DNA from: Microbotryum violaceum
Taxonomy: Eukaryota
Assembly: GCA_001244265.2 (NCBI GenBank)
Contig: CDLV01000009.1
Coordinates: forward strand, 496,001-560,000
Reading direction: 5' to 3'
Length of the DNA: 64,000 nucleotides
Shown here: one piece after another, positions 27,540-38,647 of the stretch
How positions within the stretch are numbered: the stretch's first letter is position 1
How the letters are laid out: the number at the start of each line of letters is the position of its first letter
Notes under the pieces: model-generated
What the model saw: only the letters and a program-made list of their open reading frames with translations
Told to the model about the DNA's origin: nothing
Databases searched by the model: none
Translations under genes and position numbers: made by a program

Positions 27540-29738
27540 ATGCCATCCTTCTCCGAGTACGCCTTGTCCAAGGTAAGGCCACCCACTCCGCTCGAGCTGC
27601 TCAAGTTGCGCTCGCTGGAGTTGCTGATGGCGCGCCTTCGCCGACGCTTTGCTTCCCCACATCATCGGTCACCGGTCATCGTCGACCTTCGCCTACGTCA
27701 CACGTCGCACGCGTCCATTTGCATCACCACGTCATAACAGGTCAAGGATCATTCTCTTCTGCAAGATCAATCCCACATTAATGGGGAATGGGTCTCCCAC
27801 GCCAGCACCTTCCAAGTCACCGGTACGTTGCACCACACCGCACCCTCCTCCGATCGGTCTATACTTGGCCTTTAATCTCTTCTCGATGTCCTACAGACCC
27901 GGCGACGGGCGACGTCTTGGGATCAGTTCCTGAGCAAGGTGTGCAAGAAACCAAGCAGGCCATCCAAGCTGCTCAAGAGGCGTTCAAGTCGTGGAAAAAG
28001 ACCACCGCCAAAGTGAGCACAAGCTCAGCGCTTGCCCAAGAGGGTTTTCTCCTCTTCTCATTCCCGAGGGCTCGAAGGGCCACGTCTGGTAGTTTGTGGC
28101 TCGAGTCGGCTTCTAAAACTGGATATTTGATTCCCGTGCTTGTTTTAATCAGACTCGCCATGATCTGATGCTCAAGCTCTTCAAGCTTTTCAACGAGAAC
28201 CTCGACGATCTCGGCGCCATCATCGCTCTGGAAAACGGCAAAGCTCTGGCTGAGGCAAAGGTAAGTGACTATTGAACATTAAACTTTGATTCATTGAGAT
28301 GACAGAAGTAACTGAACGTAGCCTCAACGGGTTCCAGGGCGAGGTGACATACTCGGCTTCGTTCCTCGAATGGTTCGCCGAGGAGGCGATCCGATCCGAT
28401 GGGGACATCATCCCTGCCTCCACACCCGGGACTCGGCAGCTCGTCTTCAAGCAGCCCGTTGGTGTGGTCGGATTGATCACACCTTGGAAGTGCGTTCAAG
28501 TGAATTCTGCCAAGCTGAACAACCAAATCAGCCTAATTGGCTCACACCTTCGTTTGCTCCTTCACTGGCAGCTTCCCCTCGGCGATGATTACCCGTAAAG
28601 TTGCCCCTGCTCTCGCGGCGGGATGCACCGTCGTCATCAAAGCGCCTCCAGAAACGCCCTTCTCGACCCTCGCTTTCGTTGAGTTGGCCAAACGAGCCGG
28701 CTTCCCCGATGGCGTCATCAACGTCGTCACGACCAAGGCCAGCACCAAGGACGTTGGCTTGGAGTTGACGACCAACCCCATCGTCAAGAAAATCTCGTTC
28801 ACGGGAAGCGTGAGTGCATTCACATTCTGGATGAATCAAACCCAATCCTAAGTTTCCAAATTGAATGGTCACCGCCATAGACACCCGTTGGCAAGTTGTT
28901 GATGCAACAAGCTTCATCGACGCTCAAGAAATGCTCCTTCGAACTCGGAGGTCTAGCCCCCTTTGTCGTCTTTGAAGATGCTGATATCGACAAGGCCGTC
29001 GCCGCAGCGGTGATCGCCAAATTCCGAGGATCGGGTCAAACATGTGTGTGCACGCAATACCATCTCGTTCATTCGTCCGTCTACGATCAATTCGCCGAAA
29101 AGCTCGCTGCCAAAGTCAAGGCTTTCAAAGTCGGCAACGCGTTCGACGAAGGTGTCACCCACGGTCCTTTGATCCACGATGCGGCCGTCGATAAAGTCGA
29201 TCGACACGTACAAGATGCCGTTAAGAAAGGAGCCAAGGTTCTGGTCGGGGGTAAGAAGGCCGTTGTGAAAGGAGGTGAACGAGGGTCCTTCTACGAACCG
29301 ACGATCCTCGTCGACGTCCCCACGAGCGCCTGTCTGGGAGAGGAAGAGACTTTTGGTCCGCTCGCGGCTTTGTACCGATTCGACACCGAACAAGAGGCAT
29401 TGGACATGTGCAATTCGGCCGAGGTCGGCTTGGCCGGGTATTTCTTCACCGAGAACTTGTCCCGTGCTTGGAGATTCGCCGAGGCGTTGGAGGTTGGGAT
29501 GGTCGGATTGAACACCGGCATCTTGTCGAGTAGTGTCGTACCGTTTGGTGGAGTGAAGCAGAGTGGGTTGGGTAGGGAGGGAAGCAAGTGAGTCCTGCGT
29601 CGTTAATTTCGAGGCTGGATGGTGACATTCATCCGGCGCGTAGCTGAGCACTCATCAGATTTCCTCATTTGTACCAGGTACGGTCTCGCGGATTATCAAA
29701 ACATCAAGTTGCTTGTCATGGGCGGATTGGACGCTTGA
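27540..29738 (+). CDS. UGA2: Succinate-semialdehyde dehydrogenase (aldehyde dehydrogenase family)
   Basis: [85 protein letters not shown]. Confidence 0.94.
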
Positions 29739-30058
29739 ACAAAGCTCAACAGCAATTGTGATGCTGATTCTGGGAGGAGCTACGATGTTCGTGCAAGAAA
29801 AAGTGCGATGTTTGCGAATACTTTATGGTTGGTCTCCCAACACCTGCGGAGCAGGCGGGAGCCACATCAACCTGAGCGCAGTCCAGTCGTCATCGGGCGC
29901 TCAGCGTTTCCGAGTACCGCCGCCGTTTTCCGAGCTCCGCCGCTATCCTGCCCTCGAAATGTCAAACTTTTAAAGCGAAAAAATAATTATGAGCGACTGT
30001 CCAGGTCGGTCGTGTTGTTGTTGTGGAACTTGATAAGCGTGGTCCGATGGCGGTGAAC

Positions 30059-30145
30059 CACGAACAGAGTCGGATGTTGGTTTGCTGAACGAAAAGCAAG
30101 AACACGAACAGAGTCGGATGTTAGTTTGCTGAACGAAAAGCAAGA
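30059..30145 (+). repeat. 44-bp tandem duplication (2 copies, 1 mismatch)
   Basis: CACGAACAGAGTCGGATGTT(G/A)GTTTGCTGAACGAAAAGCAAGA starting at 30059 and 30103. Confidence 0.95.
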
Positions 30146-30909
30146 CTATGGTATGGCCTTCGGACGAACGGCTTGGAAAATACGCGGTCAGTCAAGTGCA
30201 ATGCTCTGTTCAACTCCAACCTTACCTTCCTGCTTCAGTCTCCGACTTCCGCCTCGGCGCTTCAGCGCTTCAGCTTCGATATCTGACCCGATTTGACGTC
30301 TTGCTCGACTTATCTGACCCGACTTCGTCGTCTTGCTCGACTTTGCCAGCGTATTGATTGCAAGGAGGGCAGATGGAAAGCGCCGTCTATTCGGAACTCC
30401 AGAATGATAGTTGAAGATGAGATTATTCCGATGTATGGAAAAATGGGCTACTGTCATCTTCTTAAGCTCTGCATAGGGTAAGTGCGATGCCGAACTTGAA
30501 GCTTGAACCTTCTCGGGCGACGAATGAACGTTGCTCGGTGCACGTTGCAGCCCGCGGGCGATAACTGTGCAGCTAAGAATGCTGGACGGACAGTTCCGAG
30601 GGATAATTCCGAATTGTTCTCACTGTGTGTTACATAAACGAATAAAATGGGCGTATTGAGGATATATATCATGCCACTCTCGAAGTTACATCCTTGGCGG
30701 GGCCATCAGCGTCTCCGGGGCGTGGACCGTTTCAAGGTCCGGTGGCTGCCACTGGCCCCTCTCCATTAGCCGAACCCGCAAGTAGCCCCCTTTTGGACGC
30801 ACGCCGCCCTGCTTTACTCTCTTTCTTATAGCCAAAGACTCCGACCTGAATGTCAACAGACCCCTAATCATACCTCAGGCCCTCACCGGACGACATAGCG
30901 CCGCAGGCC

Positions 30910-32851
30910 ATGTCGGCGTCGGCTTCGTCCTCGCCGTGGCGATACCGGAGCATCCTCGAGCTACCACGAGTGCGCAGACTTCTTTGGCATGAGGAGATGG
31001 GGAGAAAGAGCAACTTCAGAGGATACATCAGACTGTGCCTCGTTTATGTCACGTCCACGATCATTCTGGTGCTACTAATCGTGCACTATGCTGGCCACGC
31101 TGGGTGGGCCCGACCCGGGTCCCTATCATTCTCGAAAAAGATGGTTCAGGACACGAATGGCGAGATTTGGCCCTCTGAAGCTGCACGGGAGCGATTGCTG
31201 CCGCCACGGGTCGTCGTCGGCCAACCATGGAGTCGGACTGAGAAGATCGCGACGGCGGCGGGGGAGGGGGCCGGCAGTGAAAGAGACGTGATCGTGACGC
31301 GGTACCTGGGCGAGAAGGAGAATTCGCCCCTCGTCGACAGCCAGATCCACCACGGTCTCAGTATCCATGGACATCGTATGGACGCCATGTACGAGTACGA
31401 GACGAGCGACCTCGGGGTTTACCTCACCACGCTCGAGACCTTCATCCGCGACCACCTGCCGACGCGCGACTCGGACGAAGATGACCCCTCGTCGTTGATC
31501 AACGCGATGCGCGCTTACTTCCCACTCAAGGAGCAACGGAGCCAGAAGCAGCCGATCCCATTCAAGCTTTTTCGCACGGGCAAGACTTTTCAAACTTTAA
31601 TGGCAGGGAAATATTTATCCTCTTTCAACCGACTGAACCCGGGTACGCAAACGGGATCATTTCCGGAGGCGATTTTAAGTGCTTGTCACTGATCGAGGCA
31701 CTATTTAGGGCTCAACACGACATCGCATTGGGATGCTGCTGCCGATACTTGGGCACGGGATCGTTTTGAATTCGACAGAAACCAAGAGACACAAGGCAAG
31801 CAGGGAATCGTCGAGGCCTGGGACAGTCTCCGCCCTCAAAAACCCGTGTTGAAGGCCGACTTCTGGAGGTGCGGCAAAAACGAGCCAGATCGAGGTGGGG
31901 CAGGGTTTGGGCGGTCGGGCAACTGATCACAGACGGTTCCCCAATAGGTACCTCATTGTAGCAAGTGAAGGAGGCTGGTACGCCGACGAGGATTTGGAGG
32001 CACTCCGCCCCTTCGCCGAGTGGGGACTTCCGCAAGGTGTCGACGAGCAAAAGTGAGCTGAGGCTCGCGCAGATTTTCGCCGAGCCAAGAATGGAAAACA
32101 CTGAGACAAGGTCATCATTTCAGGCCACTGGGCTTTACGGAGGCTTCATTGGTTGTCGGGATTGAAGCGGACCTGCTCCACTACCCGCTCTGGGCAACGG
32201 TCCGTCGTTTCTGTATTATATCCTTCCATCAGCTGTTCGCCTGACGCGATCCTCTTTGAACCCTCTGCACGAACAGCGCTTCGCCCGACCGATCCAGATC
32301 GTGCAATGGGGGTTCGGAGCCGCACGTGGACACCCGGTCACGATAGATGCCATGAGAAGGGCCTACAATAAGACCATGAAACTCAAGCCCGGACGGACGG
32401 TCGACATCCTCCTAACCACCGGACCGGGGCCCTGGACGAGTGCCGTCTTTGGGTGGCTGCTCGCTCGGAATGGCCGCACCTGGGTCGACTTTCACGGTGT
32501 TCCCTATCCGGGGTGGCGCCATCAAGATCTTGACACAGGGGAGCTGGGAGATATTCGCATCATGCCCTTGACGGCGATGACGCCGGACAGATCGTGAGCG
32601 ATCGACCGCCGGCAGGCCGGTGGCGGTTGGCCGGCGTGATCTCACACCGCGCCCCTACTGAGTCACAGCTCGAAGACTTTCCCCACAGTCCCAAGTTTTA
32701 CCCCGGATCACGCGGACGGGATCATTACGCCGCCATGTCTGTGCACCATTTCGATGGGAGCTGGAGAGACAAACGTCCAAGCGGCAAGGCCCCAGAGAGT
32801 CAAGGCGCCAAAGGTCCAAGCCAACCCCGCTCCAAGTCCACTCGTGCATAG
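30910..32851 (+). CDS. Glycosyltransferase family 32, OCH1/HOC1-like alpha-mannosyltransferase (type II membrane protein)
   Basis: N-terminal TM (LCLVYVTSTIILVLLIV), QPIPFKLFRT, PVLKADFWR|YLIVASEGGWYADED (DXD), QIVQWGFGAARGHP, TTGPGPWT, HHFDGSW. Confidence 0.85.
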
Positions 32852-33221
32852 GCCGATTCATGGATCGGATCCACCCCGAAGTTCTGCCGAACAAACTGGG
32901 CGGGTTAGGCTAGACCTCGTCAGGGTCACATTGTCATACAATACAGTCTGGTAGATAAAGCTTTGCGTTGTGGTAACAAGGCTAAAAGCTCAAGCGGCCT
33001 CCCGTCTGTTCAGAATTTGAGCGATTCTGGGGGGGAAGCTGCAACACCTGGCGATGGAGACCCGACGAGAAGAAGTCACACGGTCGCACAAAAGGATAGC
33101 TCAGGATTCAGCCCTCAAGTCAAGACTTGCAGCCACGTCTTAAGCGCTTTACGATTCGGGCCCAAGCTTCCATGGATTTTGCGATACAACTGCAATTTCA
33201 GAAGCAGATAAGATAACAACT

Positions 33222-35760
33222 CTACAGCTTGGCTTTGATCGGCCCTTCGAGTGTGTCCCGTCGGTAAACCCCTCCGGCCCCACCTTCTCCCCCCTGAACA
33301 GGATCAGCGAGCAAGATGACTGTGACCGTGATCTTAGGACAGGGAGAAACAAAGGGCGTCAACATCAACAGCATCAGGTAAGATTAAAAGTGCCCCCTTG
33401 CTGTAGCATGGCATATATTGGACAAGCGCAACTCACATCGTCTCGATAACGCCGACTGAGCGGTGCGGGAATGCTAAGTAGAATCGAAACCTGTTCCTTC
33501 TTGGCACCCCCGAGCGCGTTCCTCACGAGATGCGTCGCCAAGTTGCCGTCCTCGAACGAAAACACGTCGCCTTCGCCCCGCGTCGGTTCCTGTCGAGGCG
33601 CATGCATGTGCGACAGGTCCGTGTCGATGCTCTGATCGTTAACGTGGTTCATCACGCTCGGTCGGGACTGGTTCCCCCGGACGCCGGAAAGATGGCCTCC
33701 GACGAGCGCAACGATCTCGTCGTTGTTGAGTCGATCGTAGAGACCGTCGGTGGCGAGCACGATAAAGCGCGTTGCCTGAGGTTGCGGCGGTTCGGAGGAA
33801 GAAGAGACGGGCAAGAAAGAAGCGAGCGATCGTCGCTGCGAGGGCAGACCCGCCGATAAATCGGCGCTGACGACCTCCGGGACGGCGGTCACGTAAGGTG
33901 GGGTGTGGTAGTTTTTGGGACGACCGCGGACGGAGCCAGGGTGGAATGCTTGCGCGAGCCGCTCGGCCGTCCCCGGTGGCCACTTGTAGCGTGCGTCGCC
34001 AAACGCTCGAGTCGGTTCGAGCCCTCCCAGGACACGACCACGAGTGATCACCGTGTCGGCCTCTTCTGGTGGATGCTCGGATTGCATCCTATGGGAGCAA
34101 GCGGGGTGATACTTAGTTTTGGCGAGGCTTTGGAATGCGACGTCACTCCTGGCCGACTCACCTCTTGACCTCCTTGGGGTTGCGCCCCGTCTGATCGTCA
34201 CTCAGGACCTCGGCTCGCCATTTCCCGCCACCACCGCTCTGTGCCGGTTCCCACGTTCCCATCACGGCGCGCGAGTCACCGGTGCAGGCGACGTGAAGCT
34301 TGTTCCTACCCGCATCGAGGAAGCACAGCAAGGCGCAGCTACCCGAAAGCGCGGGCAACAACGTCTGCAGCGCCTCGGACGCTTCCAGCCCCAGGATTTG
34401 TTCCGGACTTGGCTTGCTGAGTTTGTTGCCGGCCTTTTCAGCTTTTTCCAACAACCGCACGGGGGCCTGAACGATCTGATTATCCATAGCCGCAAAGGCG
34501 TTCTTGATCGCGGTTTGTAGGATCGGATCGTAGACGTCTAGGTCCAGCTTGGGCTGAGGTGGGGCGGAAGAGAATAGGGACCAAATGGAAGAGCCAGAGG
34601 AGGAAGAGGAGGAAGCAGAGGCGGAAGGTGGGGTCGAAAGCGTTGTTGAAGGTAGCTTGGCCAGCTCAGCGGCGTAAGCGGGGGCGCCGCGGAAGACGAG
34701 ATCGAGTTCGCGAGCGACATAGGAGACGAGGGTGGACGAAAGCAGCCGGCTCGTTTGCCACCCACTGTGTCCGTCTATAACGAGGGCGTAGGGGGAGTGG
34801 ACGGTCAGTACGCCGCTCACTGGTCCCTTTCGAGCAACCAGTCGAATGTGGAGGGAAGGGAGGGGACCGACCGAATACGCCCCAAAAGACGAGATCGCCC
34901 TGGATCGAGTCCTTGATGCGACAGTCTCGTTCGAGAATGACGCAGCACGAGTCATCCTCGATCGGCGAGTTGGAGGCGACCGAGGTGGTGTCGTAACGAA
35001 AGACAGGGTTCGCTCGCCTCGAGACGGCATAGGACGCCTCGTGCTCTTTGAGCCGTGCATCGGTCTCGGCCGGTGAGAGCCGGGTCAAGGTCTTTGTTCC
35101 TGGAGCGCCCGTTCTGAGGAGAAGGGGGAGGGCATTGTGTCAGATTTATGATTTCGGGGTATGGCGGCAGCACTGGGCCGGAACTCTTCGCTGAAGGTGG
35201 CCGATCGACACGAAGCGGGGACGAGCCAGGGTTGACGGGAGGTCGGAGGGCGGGAGGGCGGAGGTGGGAGGTGGGGCGGCGCGGTGACCGGACCGGCCGC
35301 TTTGGAAGCATCGAGTGTTGGGCGTACAAGACCCTGGGTCGGCATCCTCGATCGAGAAAACAAGGCATACGGGAACCCTTGGAATCCCCACAAGCTGGGT
35401 GACTCACTGTGATATGACGGGCACGGTGAAGCTCGATCGCATGCCCTCGCCCTGTCGGCCCATCGCTTCCTCCTTTTCCTTGCGCTGTGACGCGGACCAA
35501 ATGAGCAAGCCAGAGATACCTGCACCTCCTGCAACTAAAAGCGCGATATCGTAGGTGCTACGTCGCGCCGGGGTCGGAGCTGTGGGGCCCGTAGCAAGCC
35601 AGCGACGCTGAAGCTGGCGGGGTGAATGCTGCACGACGCGCACGTGAGACGATGAGGACGACGACGACGCCGACAGGAACGACAGGGACGACAGGGACGA
35701 CAATGACAACCAGGCCTGCGTCGATGGCAACAAACGAGGTGCGAGCCGTGGCTTGATCAT
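33222..35760 (-). CDS. PTC5: Mitochondrial PP2C / pyruvate dehydrogenase phosphatase
   Basis: Presequence-like start MIKPRLAPR, ASNSPIEDD, DGHSGW, ALSGSCALL, VACTGDSRAV, GRVLGGLEPTRAFGDARYKW, TPPYVTA, LATDGLYD, NLATHLVRNALGG, SRRYRDD|ITVTVI. Confidence 0.92.
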
Positions 35761-36015
35761 CGACCTCGAGCTTGAGTGACTCCGCAAGACTATTCTGAGC
35801 CCGCCCGTCCAATCGGTAGGGTAGAGGAAACTGGCTGAAGCCGGACCGTCACTCGTCACTGGGTAGTGCTACAGGCTGGCCGGGCATAAAAGGGCGCAAA
35901 GGGCGCAACGTAGACAGCCACTGCTCTGTCTGGTCACCAAAAACGAGTTGGGCCGGTGGGGCGCAGTTGGGAAGTTGCGCTTGATCTGCAACAACAAAAA
36001 AAATAAACAAGGGGC

Positions 36016-36020
36016 AAAAA
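36016..36020 (-). terminator. RNA polymerase III oligo-dT terminator of the tRNA gene
   Basis: T5 run ~10 nt downstream of the tRNA 3' end on the minus strand, and a T7 run at 35996-36002. Confidence 0.6.
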
Positions 36021-36029
36021 GAAAGATTG

Positions 36030-36128
36030 TGCCTCCAGTGTGAATCGAACACACGACCTTCTCATGCCATAATACACCATAAGACGGTGACGTACGAGTG
36101 AGACGCGCTGCCGCTACGCCATAGAGGC
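36030..36128 (-). tRNA. tRNA-Thr(CGT) with 27-nt intron at canonical position 37/38
   Basis: Minus strand reads GCCTCTA TG GCGTAGCGGCAGCGC G TCTCA CTCGTA[intron 27 nt]A TGAGA AGGTC GTGTG TTCGATT CACAC TGGAGGC A. Acceptor, anticodon and T stems all pair. Confidence 0.92.
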
Positions 36129-36210
36129 CAAACCGGTTACCGGAAGGACCCAGTTAACATATCCTAATTGTTTGCAAATTTTCCCGGGGGGCGGCCTAAA
36201 CGTGCCGTCT

Positions 36211-36315
36211 CACTTCACTTCACTTCACTTCACTTCACTTCACTTCACTTCACTTCACTTCACTTCACTCCACTTCACTTCACTTCACTTCACTTCACTT
36301 CACTTCACTTCACTT
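36211..36315 (+). repeat. (CACTT)21 pentanucleotide array
   Basis: 21 units, one CACTC variant at 36266-36270. Confidence 0.98.
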
Positions 36316-36372
36316 CGAAATCGCCCTACCGCAGTCTGCGATACTCGAGTTAACAAGTGATACACCGACAAG

Positions 36373-38647
36373 ATGTCTACAGGAGACCCTGGGTCCCCAC
36401 CGCCGGCACCGCCACCACCGGTGTCCGCCACCAGCGTCCAGCCACCCCGCGACCAGATCCCGATAAGCTCGAAGAAGACGCAAGCCACGGGCCCCGCCAC
36501 CGCCGCACCCAACTATGCCGCCGCTGCGAGTCAGGCGACTCAGTCACCTGAACAACAGCAACAACAACAACAGCGTGCCAAGGCTCTGGGCAGCCTCCTA
36601 CAAGCCATGGGTGCTGTACCCGGAAACCGCATGGATCGTTGGGTCCAGGCCATCTACTTCGCCGAACTCTACCCCGTCGCCACCGCCACATCGCTGAAAT
36701 TCTCGGCCTTGAACGCGAACCGGTCTGTCGAGAACATCTTTGATTACGCCCTTGAAGTGACTCTGTCTCACCAGAGCACCTCGCGAGCGTCTCATGCCGA
36801 CAAGACCGATCTCGTGGCCTGCGTCACGAGGCTGTTATCGCCGATCTCTCCTATCTGCTTTGAGCCTGGAGTTCCTCTGCCGGACCACCTTGCAGCCTAT
36901 CGACCACAGATCCTAGGCGTACAACATTCATCAATCCTGCGTAATGGGGCGGCTCACCATCGCGTTACGGTTGGGTTCGTCACCGGCGAGGCACGTGACG
37001 CTGCGCTTACGACGCCCCCTGCTCTCACTTGGCGATCGGCGAAGGCCCGCTTCGCGAAATCTCACAGGTTCCACCATAACATGGTCGAGCTTCGAATCAA
37101 CGTCGGTGTTCAAGGAGTGCCTTCCATGGATGCCATCATCAAATCGTTCCAATTACTAGTGCAGGACTTGTCAGGCAAGGGACATTCGTGCCAACTTGTG
37201 CAGGTTCTGCGCATTATCAGCGTGGACAACGCCTCGGCCTTTGCCCACGTTGCCGGAGACTACTCAGCTTTCCTACACTTCGATGACGACTCCCTGTTCA
37301 AACGCCCTAACACGACCTTGAAAGAGATCCTACCTTCGAGAATCGGCCTTCCCACTCGAGGCATCCCGGTCACCGCCCTTCGCCATGACTATGAGAAGGA
37401 GGCGGCTTGCGGTAGGTGCCACTTCGTTGGTCACGTGGGAACCTGCGGACTGGATCAGGAGAGCAAGCGAAAGGAGGCTCACAACGGCAACGGCAACGGC
37501 AACACCAACGCCAACAAGAACACCATCACCAACGACACCAACATTGCGGAGGCCGAGGCCCCCATTCCTGTGCCGGTTGTTAACAGGATCGCATCACAGA
37601 ATCGCTTCGCCGGGCTCGAGGTTGAGGAGGGACAGGAGGAAGCGGTAACTGGCCAGAGCGGACAGGGGCCAGAGGAATCGGGGAGGAGGACGCTGGTGAT
37701 AAGGCGGATGACGAGGACTCGGAGGACTCGGAGATGGAATCAGAGGCGACCGTGAAAACGGAGGCCATCATACTTAAGAGCGAGGACGAGTCGGTTTTAG
37801 AGGACTGCGGAGGATCCGATGGAGAGGTGATTGATGAGGATGAGGTGATGGCGGATGGAAGGGGCGAAACAGAAGGCAAGGTGGCGACGGAGATGGAGGA
37901 AAGGGAGGTGGCGACGGAGATGGAGGAAGAGGAGGTGGCGACGGAGGTGGACGATGTGGACGAGGCAGGGGGAGCGACGAAAGCGGAGAACGCGGAAGCG
38001 ACGGACTTAGGGGAGACGAACAGGCTGGGCAATGACGACGACAGCGACGCAACAGCAACCGCCGCCACCGCTTCCCGCGAATCGACACCCCACGAACCAA
38101 CCCCACCTCTGTCACCCGAAACTCTTGCCAAGTCGCTTCGCGAGGGGGAGGAGTGGGACAGGATCAGAGCTAACTGGGTTGAGCAGGCACGACTCGAGCG
38201 GGACCAAAGCATCGAGAGGAGGCTCGACGCTGAAACCCCTTTGGTGCGTCACAACTTTGCCACGTGGGATGAGGACGGTGAGATACGTTCCATCAATATC
38301 AGGGGGACCGCTTCGAAGTTCAAAAAGCCGGTAATGAAGAGGTCGCAGACTGCGGCGGACCTCAGTGACCCGAGTGACGAACCGACCGACGCCAAGCGAG
38401 TGATCATCAAAGGGAAGAGCCGCGTCGTTGTCAAGGATGGAACAGAGGGCGGAGGGTGACGAGGTCGATGTCAGCGGCGGCGGCGATGCCGGTTGGCGTG
38501 ACGAAAGTGGACCGAGGGAAAGCAAAGGGGGTAGCCGAGGAGAAAAGATGGTCCGACCACGAGCCCGAGGACGATGTCCTGCCCGCCCTCCCCCTCTTTG
38601 AGGACGTCACCACCGCCAAGAGCGCTTCGACCTCAACTACCCATTAA
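36373..38647 (+). CDS. LINE ORF1 (gag-like nucleic-acid-binding protein), two -1 frameshifts as assembled
   Basis: [13 protein letters not shown] knuckle (~37408-37446), SQNRFAGL motif, acidic tail with 27-bp VATEMEE repeats. Joining ORFs 36373, 37734 and 38456 needs one extra G at ~37681 and one at ~38448. Confidence 0.75.

Noticed and set aside
36133-36143. CCGGTTACCGG resembling a Leu3 site
   Set aside because: Spacing differs from CCGGNNCCGG and it is 18 kb from LEU2. I found no convincing site upstream of LEU2.
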